The notes: generated by a model from the letters alone, not told the origin. Numbered from the stretch's first letter, positions 28,536-45,028 are shown. The stretch: 64,000 nt of DNA from the human T2T-CHM13v2.0 reference genome, Homo sapiens (GCF_009914755.1 NC_060935.1), one strand, 5' to 3'. Translations and numbers: made by a program.

Positions 28536-29560
28536 TTATATTTTTGTTTGTTTTTGCAGTGGCTGGTACTGGTTTTTCCTTTCCATATTTAGTACTTCCT
28601 TCAGGAGCTCTTTTAAGGCAGGCCTGGTGGTGACAAAATCCCTCAGCATTTGCTTGTCTGTAACGGATTTTATTTCTCCTTCACTTATGAAGCTTAGTTT
28701 GACTGGATATGAAATTCTGGATTGAAAATTATTGTCTTTAAGAATGTTGAATATTGGCCCCCACTCTCTTCTAGCTTGTAGGGTTTCTGCAGAGAGATAC
28801 ACTGTGAGTCTGATGGGCTTCCCTTTGTGGGTAACCCAACCTTTCTCCCTGGTTGCCCTTAACATTGTTTTCCTTCATTTCAACCTTGGTGAATCTGATT
28901 ATTATGTGTCTTGGGTTTGCGCTTCTCGAGGAGAATCTTTGTGGTGTTCTTTGTATTTCCTGAATTTGAATGTTGGTCTGTCTTGCCATGTTGGGAAAGT
29001 TCTCCTGGATGATATTCTGAAGTATGTTTTCCAACTTGGTTCCATTCTCCCCGTCACTTTCAGGTACACCAATCAAACGTAAGTTTGGTCTTTTCACATA
29101 GGCTCATATTTCTTGGAGGCTTTGTTCGTTCCTTTTCATTCTTTTTTCTCTAATCTTGTCTTCATGCTTTATTTCATTAAGTTGATCTTCAGTCTCTGAT
29201 ATTTTTTCTTCTGCTTGATTGATTTGGCTATTGATACTTGTGTATGCTTCACGAAGTTCTTACGCTGTGTTTTTCAGCTCCATCAGGTCATTTATTTTCT
29301 TCTCCAAACTGGTTACCCTAATTAGCAATTTGTCTAACCTATTTTCAAGGTTCTTGGCTTCCTTCCTTTGGGTTAGAACATGCTCCTTTAGCTCAAAGGA
29401 GTTTGTTATTACCCACCTCCTAAAGCCTACTTCTGTCAATTAGTCAAAGTCATTCACCGTCCAGTTTTATTCCCTTGCTGGTGAGGCATTGTGATCCTTT
29501 GGAGGAGAAAAGGCCTTCTGGTTTTTGGAATTTTCAGCCTTTTTGAGCTGGTTTTTCTTG
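28536..29560 (-). pseudogene. Disrupted L1 ORF1
   Basis: Fragments KRPNLRLIGVPESDGENGTKLEN and KGKPIRLT..LSAETLQARREWG lie in different frames. Confidence 0.9.
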
Positions 29561-32500
29561 ATCTTCGTGGATTTATCTGCCTTTGGTTTTTGCTGTTGGT
29601 GACCTTCAAATGGAGTTTTTGCGTGATTGTCCTTTTTGTTGATGTTGATGCTATGGCTTTCTTTTTGTTAGTTTTCCTTCTAACAGTCAGGCCCCTCTTC
29701 TGCAGGTCTGCTTGAGTTTGCTGGGGGTCTACTCCAGACTCTGTTTGCTGGATATCACCAGCAGAGGCTGTAGAACAGAACAGCAAAGATTGCTGCCTGC
29801 TTCTACCTCTGGAAGCTTCCTCCCAGAGGGGCACCCACCAGATGCCAGCCAGAGCTCTCCTGTATGACGTACCTGTCGACCCCTGTTAGGAAGTGTCTCC
29901 CAGTCAGGAGGCACAGGTGTCAGGTACCCACTTGAGGAGGCAGTCTGTCGCTTAGCAGAGTTTGAGCGCTGTGCTGGAGATCTGCTATTCTCCAGAGCTG
30001 GCAGGCAGGAATGTTTAAGTCTGCTGAAGCTCTGGCCACAGCCACCCTTTCCCCCAGGTGCTTTGTCCCAGGGAGATGGGAATTTTATCTTATAAGCCTT
30101 TCACTAGGGCTGCTGCCTTTCTTTCAGAGATACCCTGCCCAGAGAGCAGGAATCTAGAAAGGCAGTCTGGCTACAGTGGCTTTGTGGCACTGTGGTGGGC
30201 TCTGCCCAGTCTGAATTTCCCAGCTGCTTTTTACACACTGTGAGGGGAAAACCGCCTACTCAAGCCTCATTAATGGTGAACCCCTTTCCCCTACCCCAAG
30301 CTGGAGCATCCCAGGTCAACTTTAGACTGCTGTGCTGGCAGCAAGAATTTCAAGCCAGTGGATCTTAGCTTGCTCGGCTTTGTGGGGATGGGATCCAGTG
30401 GGCAAAACCACTTGGCTCCCTGGCTTCAGCTCGCTTTCCAGGGGAGGGAATGGTTCTGTCTTTCTAGCGTTCCAGGTGCCACTGCGGTATGACAAAAAGA
30501 CTCCTGCAGCTAGCTCAGTGTCTGGCCAAATGGCCACCCAGTTTTGTGCTTGAAACCCAGGGCCCTTGTGGTATAGGCACCCGAGTGAATCTCTTGGTCT
30601 ATGGGTTGCGAAGACCATGGGAAAAGCATAGTATCTGGGCTGAATAGCACTGTCCCTCACAGCATGGTCCTTCATGGCTTCCCTTGGCTAGGGGAAGGAG
30701 TTCCCTGACCCTGTGCACTTCCCGAATGAGGCAATACCCCACCCTGCTTCTGCTCGCCCTCCATGGGCTGCATCCACTGTCTAACCAGTCTCAATGAGTT
30801 GAACCAGGTACCTTAGTTGGAAATGCAGAAATCACCCACATTCTGCATTGGTCTCGCTGGGAGCTGAAGACCAGAGCTGTTCCTATTCGGTCATCTTGCC
30901 CAGGAATACTATAGCGTTGTTTAAGCTCCTTAAATATTCTGGTTATTAATCCCTTGTCAGATGGGTAGTTTGCAAATATTTTCTTCCATTCCAGGAGTTG
31001 TCTCTTCACTTTGTTGATTGTTTCCTTTTTCACACAGAAGGTTTTTATTTATTTGTTTATTTTTATTTTATTTTATTTTATTTTTTACTTGGTGTGATCC
31101 CATTTTTGCTTTGTTTGCCTGGGCTTGTGGAGTATTGCTCAATAAATCTTTCCCAGTCCAATGTCCTGGAGAGTTTCTCCAGTGTTTTCTTGTAGTAGTT
31201 TCATAGTTTGCAGTTTTAGATTTAATCTTTAGTCTATTTTTATTTGATTTATGTATGTGGCAAGAGATAAGGGTCTGGTTTTATTCTTCAGTTTGTGAAT
31301 ATTTAATTTTCCTAACACTATTTATTGAAGCAACTGTCCTTTCCCTAATGTATGTTCTTGGCACCTTTGTTGAAAATGAATTCACTGTAGATGTATGGAT
31401 TTATTTCTGGATTTTAAGCTCTGTTCTATTCGTCTATGTGAAAAAATGGAATAGAATAGAGAACAATGTTTTTATGCCTGTACCATGCTGTTTTAGTTAC
31501 TATAGCTCTGTAGTATAATTTGAAGTCGGGTAATATAATTCCTCCAGTTTTGTTCTTTTTGCTTAGGATAGCTTTGTTTATTTTGAGTCTTTTTTTTTCC
31601 ATGTAAATTTGAGAATATTTTTTCTATTCCTGTGAAGAATATCATTTATATTTTGGTAGGAATTGCATTGAATCTGTATATTGCTTTGGGGTAGTATGAA
31701 CATTTAAAAAATATTGATTCTTCCAATCCATGGACATGGAATATCTTTCCTTTTTTGTGTGTCCTCTTGAATTTCTTGCATCAATGTTTTATAGTTTTCA
31801 TTGTAGAGATCTTTTACATTATGGTTAAGTTTATTCCTAGGTATCTAATTTTATTTGTTGCCCTTGTAAATTACTTTCTTGATTTCTTTTTCAGATTGTT
31901 TGCTGTTGGCACATAGAAATGCTACTCATTTTTGTATGTTAATTTTGTATCTGGCAACAACACTGAATTTGTTTATTGTTCTAATAGTTTTTTGACAGAG
32001 CCTTTATAGGCTTTTCCAAATATAAGATCATTTCATATGCAAACAGAGATAATTTGACTTCTTCCTTTGCAGTTTGGATGTCCTTTATGTCTTTCTGTTG
32101 TCTGATTGCTCTGTAATCTGTTGTCCTCTAGCTAGGACTTCCTGTACTCTGTTAAATAACAGTGGTGAAAGTGGGCATCCTTGTCTTCCTTTCTTCTTAG
32201 AAGAAAGGCTTTCAGTTTTTCCCCTTTCAGTATGGTACTAGCTGTGGGTCTGTCATATATGACTTGTAATATATTGATGTATGTTTCTTCTCTACCTAGT
32301 ATTTTAATGGTTTTTTTTAAATAAAGGCATGTTAAATTTTATAAAATGCCTTTTCAGCATCAACTGAAATGATCACATGGTTTTTGTCTTTCATTCTGTT
32401 GATATGAGGTATCGCATTGTGATTGATTTGCTTATGCTGAATCATCCTTGCATCCCTGGGAAAAGCCCACTTGGTCTTGATACATGATATTTTAAATGCA

Positions 32501-35500
32501 TTGTTCAAGTCATTTTTCTAATATTTTGTAGAGGAGTTTTAATCAATGTTTATCAGGAATATTTGCACATATATATATTTTAATGTGTCTTTGTCTGGTT
32601 TTAGTAGCAGGGTAATAGTTGTCTCATAAAATGAGTTTCGGTTTGAAAGTACTCCTTCCTCCTCTCTTTTTCAAAATAGTTCGAATTTAATTGGTATTAG
32701 TTCCTCTTTAAATGTTTGGAAAAATACAACAGTGAAGCCACTGGGTACTAGGCTTTTATTTGTCCCCCTGGGAGACTATTGATTCTGGCTTAAATCTCAT
32801 TATTTGTTATTGGTCTATTCAGGTTTTACATTTCTTCATGGTTCAAACTTGGTAGGATGCATGTGTCTAGGAACGTGTCCACTTCTATGTTTTCCATTTT
32901 TTTGGCATATACTTGGTCATACTTGTCTCTAATAATCTTTTGAATTTCTGTGATATCAAATGTCTCCTTTTTCATCACTCATTTTATTTATTTGAGCCTT
33001 CTCTCTTTTTTCTTAGTCTGGCTAAAGATTTGTCAATTTTGTTTATCTTTTCAAAAAATTTTTTCATTGTATGATTTTTGGATTATTTTTTAGTTTAAAT
33101 TGCATTTATTTCTGCTCTGATATTTATTATTTTGTCTTCTAATAATTTGGATTTGTTTCCTCTTGCTTTTTTGGTTCTTTAAGATGCATCATTAGGTTAT
33201 TTGAAGTTTTTCTACTTTATGATATAGGTGCTTATGGCTATAAATTTTCCTCTAAGTACTGCTTTTGCTGTATCCCATAAGTTTTGGTATGTTGTTTTCT
33301 ATTTTCATTTGTTTCAAAAAGTTTTTCAATTTCCTCATTGACCCATTGGTTATTCTGGGGCATATTGTTTAATTTCCATATGCTCATATAGATACCAAAG
33401 TTCCTCTTGCTATTGATTTTTAGTTTTATTCGCTTGTGTTCAGAGAAGATATTTGATATGATTTCAATTTTTTTAACTTATAAAAGCTTATTTTATGGCC
33501 TAACATGTATATCCTTGAAAACTGTCCATGTGCTGAGAAGAATAATGTGTATTCTGCAGCTGTTGGATGAAATGGTTCGTAAATCTTAGGTCTATTTGGT
33601 CTATTTTATGAATTAAGTCCAATATTTCTGTTAATTTTCTGTCTGATGATCTGTGAAATGATAAAAGCAGGGTGTTGAATTATTTGGCTATTATTAGATT
33701 GGCATCTCTCTCTCTTTAGCTCTAATAATATTTGCCTTATATATCTGGGTACTCCAGTGTTTAGTGCATATGTATTTACCATTATTAAATCCTCTTGCTG
33801 AATTGACTTCTTTTTCATTATGCAATAACATTGTCTCTTTTTTATAGATTTTTTTCTTGAAATTTATTTTGTCCAATGTAAGTATAGCTACTACTGGTTT
33901 GTTTTGGCTTTCATTTGCATGGAATAAGTTTTATTATCTCTTGAATTTCAATCTATGTGTGTCTTGTAGGCAATAGATTTCTGGGCCTTGTTTTTATCCA
34001 TTTAGCCTTTGATTGGAGCCATATAACCTTTGATTGGAGAGTTTAGTCCATTTACATGTGATGTTATTATTGATAAGTTAGCACTTACTCCTGCCATTTG
34101 GTTGTTCATGTTCTAATTGTTTTGCGATCTTTACTTCCTTCTTCTTCTCCATCTTGTCTTCCTTTTTATGAAGGTGATTTTCTCTGGTGGTATAATTTAA
34201 CTTCTTGCTTTTTATTTTGTGTGTACCTGTTGTATATTTTTTGATTTGAGGTTACCATGAGGCTTGCAAATAACATATTGTAACTCATTATTTTAACATG
34301 ATGACAGCTTAACACTGATTGCAAAAGTAAACACACTTAGAAACAAGCAGAAAAAACACCTAATAAAAATTATATACTTTAACTTCATCCTCCCTAATTT
34401 TTTAAACTTTTTGTAGTTTCTATTTATATTTTATTATACTGGATATCTTGAAAAGTTATTGCAGTTATTATTTTTCATAGTTTCATCTTTTAGTCTTCCT
34501 ACTGAAGATGTTAGTTTATATACCATAATTACAGTGTTATAATATTCTGTTTGTCTATATATTTAACTATTACCAGTGAGGTTTTACCTTCAGATGATGA
34601 TTTTTTATTGCTCATTAACACCCTATTTTTTCAGATTGAAAAACTCTGTTTAACATTTCTTGTGGGATACTGCTGGTGTTGTTAAAATTCCTCAGTTTTT
34701 GTTTGTCTGGGAAGGTCTTTATTCTCCTTCATGTTTGAGGGATATTTTGACTGGATATACTATTCTAGAATAGAAGTTTTTTTTCTTCAGCATTTTAAAT
34801 ATGTTATGCCACTTTCTTCTGTCCTGTAATATTGCCACTGAGATGGTTGCTGCCAGATGTATTGTTTTTGTACATTGTTTCTTTTCTCTTGCTGCTTTTA
34901 GAATCCTTTCTCTAGCTTTGATTTTTGGCAGTTTGATTATTAAATGCCTTGAGGGAGGCCTATTTGACATGTATCTGCTTAGTGTTCTATAACTCTCTTG
35001 TATTTGAATATTTATATCTTTGGCTAGGTTTTAAAAGTTCTCTGTTATTATCCCTTTGAATAGCTTTTGATCCAGATCTCTCTCTCTCTACCTTCTCTTT
35101 AAGGCCAGTACTCTAATATTTGCCTTTGTGAGGCTGTGTTCTAGATCTTGTAAGCATGCTTTATTCTTTTCTATGTTATTTCTTTTGCCTCCTCTGACTG
35201 TGTGTTTTCAAATATCCTGTCTTTAAGCTCACTAATTCACTTTTCTGCTTGATCAATTCTGCTGTTGAGAGACTCTGAGGCATTCTTCAGTATGTCAGTT
35301 GAATTTTTCAGCTCCAAAATTTCTGCTTTTCTTTAAACAATTACTTTAACTTCTTTGTTAAATTTACCTGGTAGTATTCTGAATTCCTTCTCTGTGTTAT
35401 CTTAAATTTTGTTGCGCTAACTCAAAACAACTATTTTAAATTCTCTGCCTGAAAAGTCACGTATCTCTGTCATTCCAGAATTAGTCACTAGTACCTTAGT

Positions 35501-35649
35501 TAGTTTGTTTGGTGAGGTCATGTTTTCCTGGATGGCTGTGATGCTTATGGATGTTCTTTGATGTCTGGGCATTGAAGAGTTAATTGTTTATTATAATCTT
35601 TGCAGTCTGGGCTTGTTTGTACTTATTTTTCTCGGGAAGGCCTTCCAAA

Positions 35650-38209
<2,560 letters not shown>

Positions 38210-40146
38210 GTATTGATAGCAAATTAAATGGTCTAAATCTTTGGTCACTGCAGCCATATGTGCATTCAGGGGCAACCAAAGCCCAGTAATGCTGAGACTC
38301 TTGCAGACTTATAGAGGCACTGCTTTGCTGGTCTTGGGTAATATCCAGGACAATTCCCTGGATTATTAGGTAGAAACTCCTGTTCTCTTCCCTTAATTTT
38401 CCCCAATCAAATGGAGTCTCTCTCTCTCCCTCTCTCCCTCCATCCCTCTCTCTTACTCTCTGCTGAGCTGCCAGAGCTGGGGGAGAGGTAACACAAGCAC
38501 CCCTGTAGCTACCACTATTGTGACCACACTGGGTCAGACCAGAAGCCAGCATCACATTGGGTCTGGCCCAGGGCCTCAGCTGACACTGCCTGGTTATCAC
38601 CAATATTCACTCAAAGCTCAAGGACTCTTCAGTCAGCATTTGGTGAATCCAGCCAAGTTTGTCTCCTTTCCTTTGGAGTAGCCAGCTGCTTACATGGCCC
38701 AGGGTGGGTCCAATAATTTCATCTAGGAGACAGGAGTTGGAGTTGAGAATCTTAGGAATCTACCTGGCGCTTTATTCTACTGTGGCTGAGCTGGCACCCA
38801 AGCCACAAGACAACATCCTTCCCACTCTTTCTTCCCCTCTCCTCAAGCCAAAGGAGTCTCTCCTCATGGCCACCACTGCCCCAGGCCCATGGCGAGTACT
38901 GTCTGGCTACCACCGATATTCACTCAAGGCCCAAGGGCTCTTCAGCCAGCTCATGATGAATGCTGCCAGGCTTGAATCTCTTTCTTCAGGGCAACAGGTT
39001 CCCCTCTGGCTCAGGGTGGGTCCAAATATGCCATCCAACATCCAGGCCTGAAATTGTGAACCCCAGGAGCCCACTTATTCTACCCCTGTGTGCCAAACTG
39101 GTGCCCAAGCTACAAGACAAAGTTCTCTCTATTGTTTCCTCTCCTTTCCTCAAGCAGAAGGAGTCTCCCCATGGCCACTGCAGCTGGGAATGTGCTGGGT
39201 CACTCCTGAAACCAATATGGCTCTGGGTCTCACCCATGGCCCAAAGAGAATACTGCCTATGTACTGCTGATGTTTATTCAGGCCCAGGGGCTCTTTAGTC
39301 AGCAAGTGATCAATCCTGTCAGGACTGGGTCTTTCCTTCAAGGCAGCAGGTTCCTTTTCGGCCTAGGATGTGTCCAGAAATTTCATCTGGGAGTTAGGGC
39401 CTGGAACGGGGGCCTCAGGATTCTATACTGTGCCCTATTCTAATATGGCTGCACTGGTATCCATGTTGCAAAGCAAAGTCCCCTTTACTCTCCCCTCTAC
39501 TATCCTTAAGCAGAAGGAAGGAGTGTCTCCAAGAGCTATGAGCTGTGTTGTCTGGGTTTGGGGCAGTGGAACACAAGCACTCCCTTAGCCACCCCAGCTG
39601 GTTTTTCGCTAGGTGATGTGCACCCCAAGTCCATTGTCACTGAGCTCAGCCCAGCACTACGATTTCCCATGAACTGCATTCTTTGTGACCTAGATTGCCT
39701 TTTGAGTTTATTTAGAGCCTCAGAGTGCTTTTGCCTGCAAATGTGGGGCTAGCCAGAACTCAGGTTCTGACCACTGGGATGAATGATTTCTGCCTAGGTA
39801 AGGCTGGTCTAAATGCTCCCTCCATGGGTATAGGCTAAATTCTGCCCAGTGTTGCTTTCTGCTGTGTCAAGGCAGCACTGAGTTCCAATGCAAAGTCCCA
39901 CGATCACTGCATTCTCTCTCCCCTAGGCACAAAGATTCTCTCTCCATGCCACATGACTGCTGCCAGGGAATGTGGGAAGTGGTGTCAGCAATTCAAGACT
40001 GTCTTTTCTACCTTCTTCAGTGTCTCTTTCCTTGATGTGATATTAAAACCAGGCACTGTGATCACTCACCTGATTTTTGGTTCTTGTGAAGGTTCTTTTT
40101 TTGTGTGTGGATAGTTGTTTGATTTGGTGTTCTTTTATGGGGGTGG

Positions 40147-40605
40147 GCAACCTCAGCATACAATATTTTTTTTCATTAAGTCATGAGCTTTCACCTTTTT
40201 ACTTAAAAGAAGTACTTTACAGCTTCATCTTGGAATATCTGAATTGCCAGTATCACTACTCTTGCAATTTGGGGCTGTATTAAGTCAAATAAATGTTACT
40301 TAAACACAAGCACTGTGATACAGCAACAGTCAATCTGATAACCTAGAGGGCTACTAAGTGATTAACTTAGTAGTCATTTAGTATATGGGTAACATATACA
40401 GCATGGGCTAGACAAAGAGATGATTCCTATCCCAGGGGAATGGAGCAGGATGGTGTGAGATTTCATCACACTACTCAGAGCACCACACAATTTAAAACTT
40501 ATCAATTGTTTATTTCTGGAATTTTCATTTAGTATTTTTGAACCTTATCTACTGCAAGTAACTGTAACTGCAGAAAGCGAAACTGCAGATAAGGCAGGCT
40601 AGATG
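40147..40605 (-). mobile_element. MER44, right part
   Basis: GCAACCTCAGCATAC...GAGATTTCATCACACTACTCAG...GTAACTGTAACTGCAGAAAGCGAAACTGCAGATAAGG is the other MER44 terminus. Confidence 0.8.
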
Positions 40606-41692
40606 GTATTGCATAGATTGATTTGAAAGCATTCTAGAGCTCAAGTGTTTTGGGTGTGAGTGTGATTGGCTTCGATTGCAAATGTTTTGGGTGGGTTGCA
40701 GGAGTTAAATGTGTTAACGACAGATCAAACACAGTGGGAGCCTAATCTTACTTTAATTTATACTTAAAATTATGAAACTTTAGTTAGTTATGTAGTTTTC
40801 ATCAACATAGTCCAGAGGGATACTGTAGTTTTCATAAATTCTCTAGTTCAAAGGAATGAGAATATCTGACTTTTTAAACAAAAGAAAAAGTAGTATTTTT
40901 CTTTACAGTTTAAAAGAGTTATAAGAACAATCACATATTTAAGAATAATAATTTTTCTGAAAACAATAAATGGATTAAAAGAAAGGGCTGTTTCAAAATT
41001 CCTTGATGTAGTAGCTTTTGAGCTGTATGATTACTGAAAAGTTTTAGTGAATTTATCAAATTAAGAATCAGAAAGTATGGGAAACTAATACCATAACTCA
41101 TTATGTTTACTATGCCATTTCATATATTTGTGAAAATATGTATTTTTATAGAATTAATTTATAATGGTAAATATCAATAGAATTATATATATATAAATAG
41201 CATTTTCAAAAAATATATAAACTACATTTTAATATGAAGTTTCATAAATATGTTTTCCAATATTTAGTTTCATTTCATATGTATATTTCAAGTAAGTTTT
41301 CTAAAATTATAGTTTTAAAATATTTGTTCTTATGCACTGTTTGAGTTTTCCTCTTTGAGAACATTGATTATATATATTATTTTTATGTTATGATGTAAAA
41401 TATTATTGAATATTTTTCTACTTGTCATATTCGATATTTACTCAAATTATTTAATATTTTTACTTTTTAAACTTCTTTTTCACTTCTATTTCTCTTCAAG
41501 CGTTCTGTGTGTGTTTGTGTTGATTTGTCCATGTGTTCCTCCTGGGTTAGCCTTCATTTGTAAACTGAGTTTTTATGTTTTCAAATGTCTGTTTTTTTCC
41601 TAAATTCTAGAACCTATTTCTGAGTTTTCCTCATCATTCCTCATGTTCTTTCATGTTTTGCCTAGTTTTAATTTATATATTTTGGATTATTT

Positions 41693-41851
41693 ACTACAGG
41701 CACACGCCACCATGCCCAACTAATTTTTGTATTTTTAGTAGAGACGGGGTTTCACCATGTTGGCCAGGATGGTCTCAATCTCTTGACCTTGTGATCTGCC
41801 CTCAGCCTTCTAAAGTGCTGGGATTACAGGCATGAGCCACTGTGCCTGGCC
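41693..41851 (-). mobile_element. AluSc-like, 5' half only
   Basis: TTGGCCAGGATGGTCTCAATCTCTTGACCTTGTGATC. Most of the right arm and the tail are absent. Confidence 0.85.
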
Positions 41852-43169
41852 TATCAGTTTTTAAGAAGGTATTTTTGTCACAACTTACTTATAGGAATGT
41901 AATTCTAATCCTTACTATCTTTTTTAATATAATACCTTTTAATGGAATTTTAGTGTATTTTTTCTATTGACTTTGTTAAAATAAAATTTATTTTCCTGAT
42001 ATTTTTCGAAGGGAAAAATAGGTCATAATAGTTGTTTAGTTGTTTTTAACAACCTTGGCCTATAAACACTTCTGTCATTTTCTGAAGTCTTAAAAATCTG
42101 TTCTTATACTTTCAGAGATATTCTTACTCTGTTCCTCACTCCCGTTTTTACCTGGACATGCTTTTTTTTTTTTTTTCCTCTCTCTATTGCTGCTGTCTTG
42201 TCCAATTTCAAGTCAATTTCCAGAAGTTTCTCCTTGGTTGATATTTGTCTTAGGGTATTTGGCTAATTGGTTTAGAAATTGCATAAGGCCCAAATTGCTT
42301 CAACCTTTTAGACCTTACAACTGACTCCTTCAAATCAGCTATAAATGGGTAACAACACTATCTAGTTCAAAATCTTGGACCACTCTTGAAAATCTATGAA
42401 CAATTTTCAAATTTTCCTATTCTTTGATTTATCAGACACTCATTTGGTTCCCTTTGTTTCTTTCCATATAGATGCTGATACTATACATATATTATAGTGG
42501 TTGGTGGCTTTCTACCTCTCATATTGAGTCATGAGGCTACTTTGCCATTTTACTACTTGCCATTTTTCTGTGGGTTTTGGCTTTATTTCCTGGTGGCTTT
42601 GATTTTATGATAGGACTTAAGGAGATTATAAACTATAGCACTGCTGCTATCTTCCCAATATCAATTGATCTTAATAATATCTTATGCAAATATAGTCCCA
42701 CAGAATACACATTAGGAAATATCAGTGTTAGCTAGTTACTTCAAATGTATTTTTCAAAGTGGTATTTTTCATAGCTTTTAACTTTCTTGGTGAAGACATC
42801 CACAAGTATTCTAACTGCTCTCTGGAAGCTAGAATTTCTTACAGTATAGAGTTAAGAAAATAAATCAGTATTTGTATCTTGGTTCTACTCTTAGAAAATA
42901 TGTGACTTTGGATCACTCTTTGAGCTTTGATTCCTCATGTAATAATGAAATGAGCAATTTCTCTAAAGTTTCTGGCACAGGATATGAAACATACTAAATA
43001 ATCAACATATTTGAATTGTATTCTCCATGTTTTACCCTTCCCTTTTAATATTGTTGTGTTTTTCTTCATATATGAGTTCGGTTAAATACCCTATGAGGGC
43101 AGATAACATGTCTGTCATACTCTTTGCTATATTCTGAGGGCTTTGCATAAGATGGAATATAGTGAGTAC

Positions 43170-44846
43170 TGTTACAGGATGTTTGGGGTGTCTCTTCACT
43201 AGCCAGACACCTCTGTGGCCAGTGGCACCTTTGCCTAAGTTTTGCTCAGACCCACTGGGCCCACTAGGCCTGGCAGGCTGCACTTAGCTCATGCTATCAG
43301 CCTGTATCCCATGCTTGCCAAGGGGGAGCAGAGCTGTGAGGAGTGTGTGAATGAGTGAGTGTGGGGTCCAGCCACTGAGCACAGCCAGGCACACTCATTG
43401 TGGCTGGGCAGGAAGCTCCAGGTGCCAGCATCGATGCTGGCTCCCTGTGAGGCTATGGCTGGACCAGGCACCCCGGAAGCAGCTTCCACGGCTGGCACCA
43501 GGGAATGCAGTGGCACCCAGAAGCTTGGAGTTGCTAGGAACCACAGAGCCCCAAGGAGGGTGTCACAGCCCTGGCTTCAGGAGCTCCTACATCTGGGTTC
43601 CCTGAAGGGCCACAGCTCTTCTCTCCTTCTTGGTGCCTGCAATGTAGCAAGCAAGGGGCGTGTTTCAGTCCATTTGTGTTACAGCTCTTTCAGCCCCACC
43701 ATTTGGCGGGTCCTGAGTTCTTGTCCCATGTCCAGGAAGAATGTGGTACCTGAGCAAGTGGAGGGTGAGCAAGGTAAAGAGGAGCTTTATTGAGTGACAG
43801 AACAGCTGAGAGGAGACTTGCAGTGGGTACCTCCTCTCCACATCCAGGGTGTCCCAACAAGTGTTCAGCTTTCAGCAGAGAGGAGATCCTGGATGGTTAG
43901 CTCCTTTCTGCAGCTGGTTGTCCCAACGTCTGCTCAGCTCTCAGCAGAAAGGAGACCCTGGAGTGGGTAGCTCCTCTTTGCAGGTGATTGTTCTGACATC
44001 TATATGAGTCTGGCTGAGTCGGGGGTTTTTATGGGCTTCAGAGAATAAATGTATGCTGATTGGTTGTGGTTGGCCATGGGCAGGCCCGGAAAAAACATAA
44101 TAAGTTTCCACTCCAGTCTGCAGGACTGGCAGCTTGGCCTCCAGGATTTGAGTCTTCCTTGGCTTGAAGGTGGGGCTTCCCCCAGTACCCAGCCCTTTCC
44201 CAGGAGACTGTCTGCCTTCTACTGCTGTTTATGGGACCCAGGCTTTTCCTGCTGAGGGGTGCCTGGAAGCCAGTGCTGAGCTGCCTTCAGCAGCCCCTTG
44301 GTTTCCCTCCCATGCTCATTGGTGCCCAAATTCCAGAGGGGGCCAAAATGGCAAGGGGCTGTCATGTCAGTGCTGCCTCAAGTGTGCACATACCTGGCCA
44401 GGTTGTGACAGCATCCAGGCTTGGCCTCAACTTTGCTCCAAGATTGGAGTGGGCACTGGGAGTAGGGAGAGGCCAGACAGTGGGAGCAGACACTTCCAAG
44501 CCTGTGGTGGCAGGTGGGGCCTTCCTGGGCCCCTGAGAGTGCAGAGATCCCTGATTCTGCAGCCACAGCTTGGGTGGATGCACCTGCACCTGGGAGGGCA
44601 GAGCTCCTGCCTGCTCCTGGTCTCCAAGTGTGCAGAGACGCCTGTGTCTGCAGCTGCTGCTGCTGGGTGGCCAAAGCTGCACCCAAGGAGCACAAAGCTC
44701 CAGCCCTGTCAACTCAGAAGGGAGCCAAGGTTTTCTCCTTTTCCCAGCACCCACTGGCTCCATGGAGCATACAGCCCTGGTTGTGCCTCCCCAACTGCAG
44801 CCAGCATCATAGCAGTGCCACTCTAGATGGACCACCACTGCCATCA
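43170..44846 (-). mobile_element. MER52-family long ERV1 solo LTR (1677 bp)
   Basis: Termini TGTTACAGGATG...CCACTGCCATCA, a perfect 4-bp TSD GTAC at 43166-43169 and 44847-44850, a minus-strand AATAAA near 43786-43791, and internal ~75-bp tandem units at 43805-43990. Confidence 0.85.
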
Positions 44847-45028
44847 GTACTTACAGCACATTAAACAAATTAATAGAACTTCGTTTGCTCTTTCTCTCCT
44901 TCTATAATATTAACAATAATAGCTAACAATAATTAAGCATATGTTAGGTTGTTAGATAAATTCTGAACACTTCATATATATTTTCTTATTTCAAAGTCAC
45001 AACAGACTTTAAAAAAAAACAGAGAGTA

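Larger units (their letters stand above)
24403..30908 (-). mobile_element. Full-length L1PA7/8-like LINE-1, inactive
   Basis: 3' end TTATACTTTCAAGTTCTGGGATACATGTGCAGAATG and a complete 5' UTR up to CCTATTCGGTCATCTTGCC. 7-bp TSD CTATAGC at 24396-24402 and 30909-30915. Confidence 0.93.

Noticed and set aside
38580-43990. Periodic repeats as CRISPR-like or novel arrays
   Set aside because: The units are diverged tandem monomers inside an L1 5' UTR and MER52. There is no repeat-spacer structure or cas gene, and the context is eukaryotic.
43289-44864. Many overlapping ORFs of up to 220 aa on both strands
   Set aside because: All lie inside the GC-rich, TSD-bounded MER52 LTR. Stop codons are rare at this composition and no domain is recognisable.
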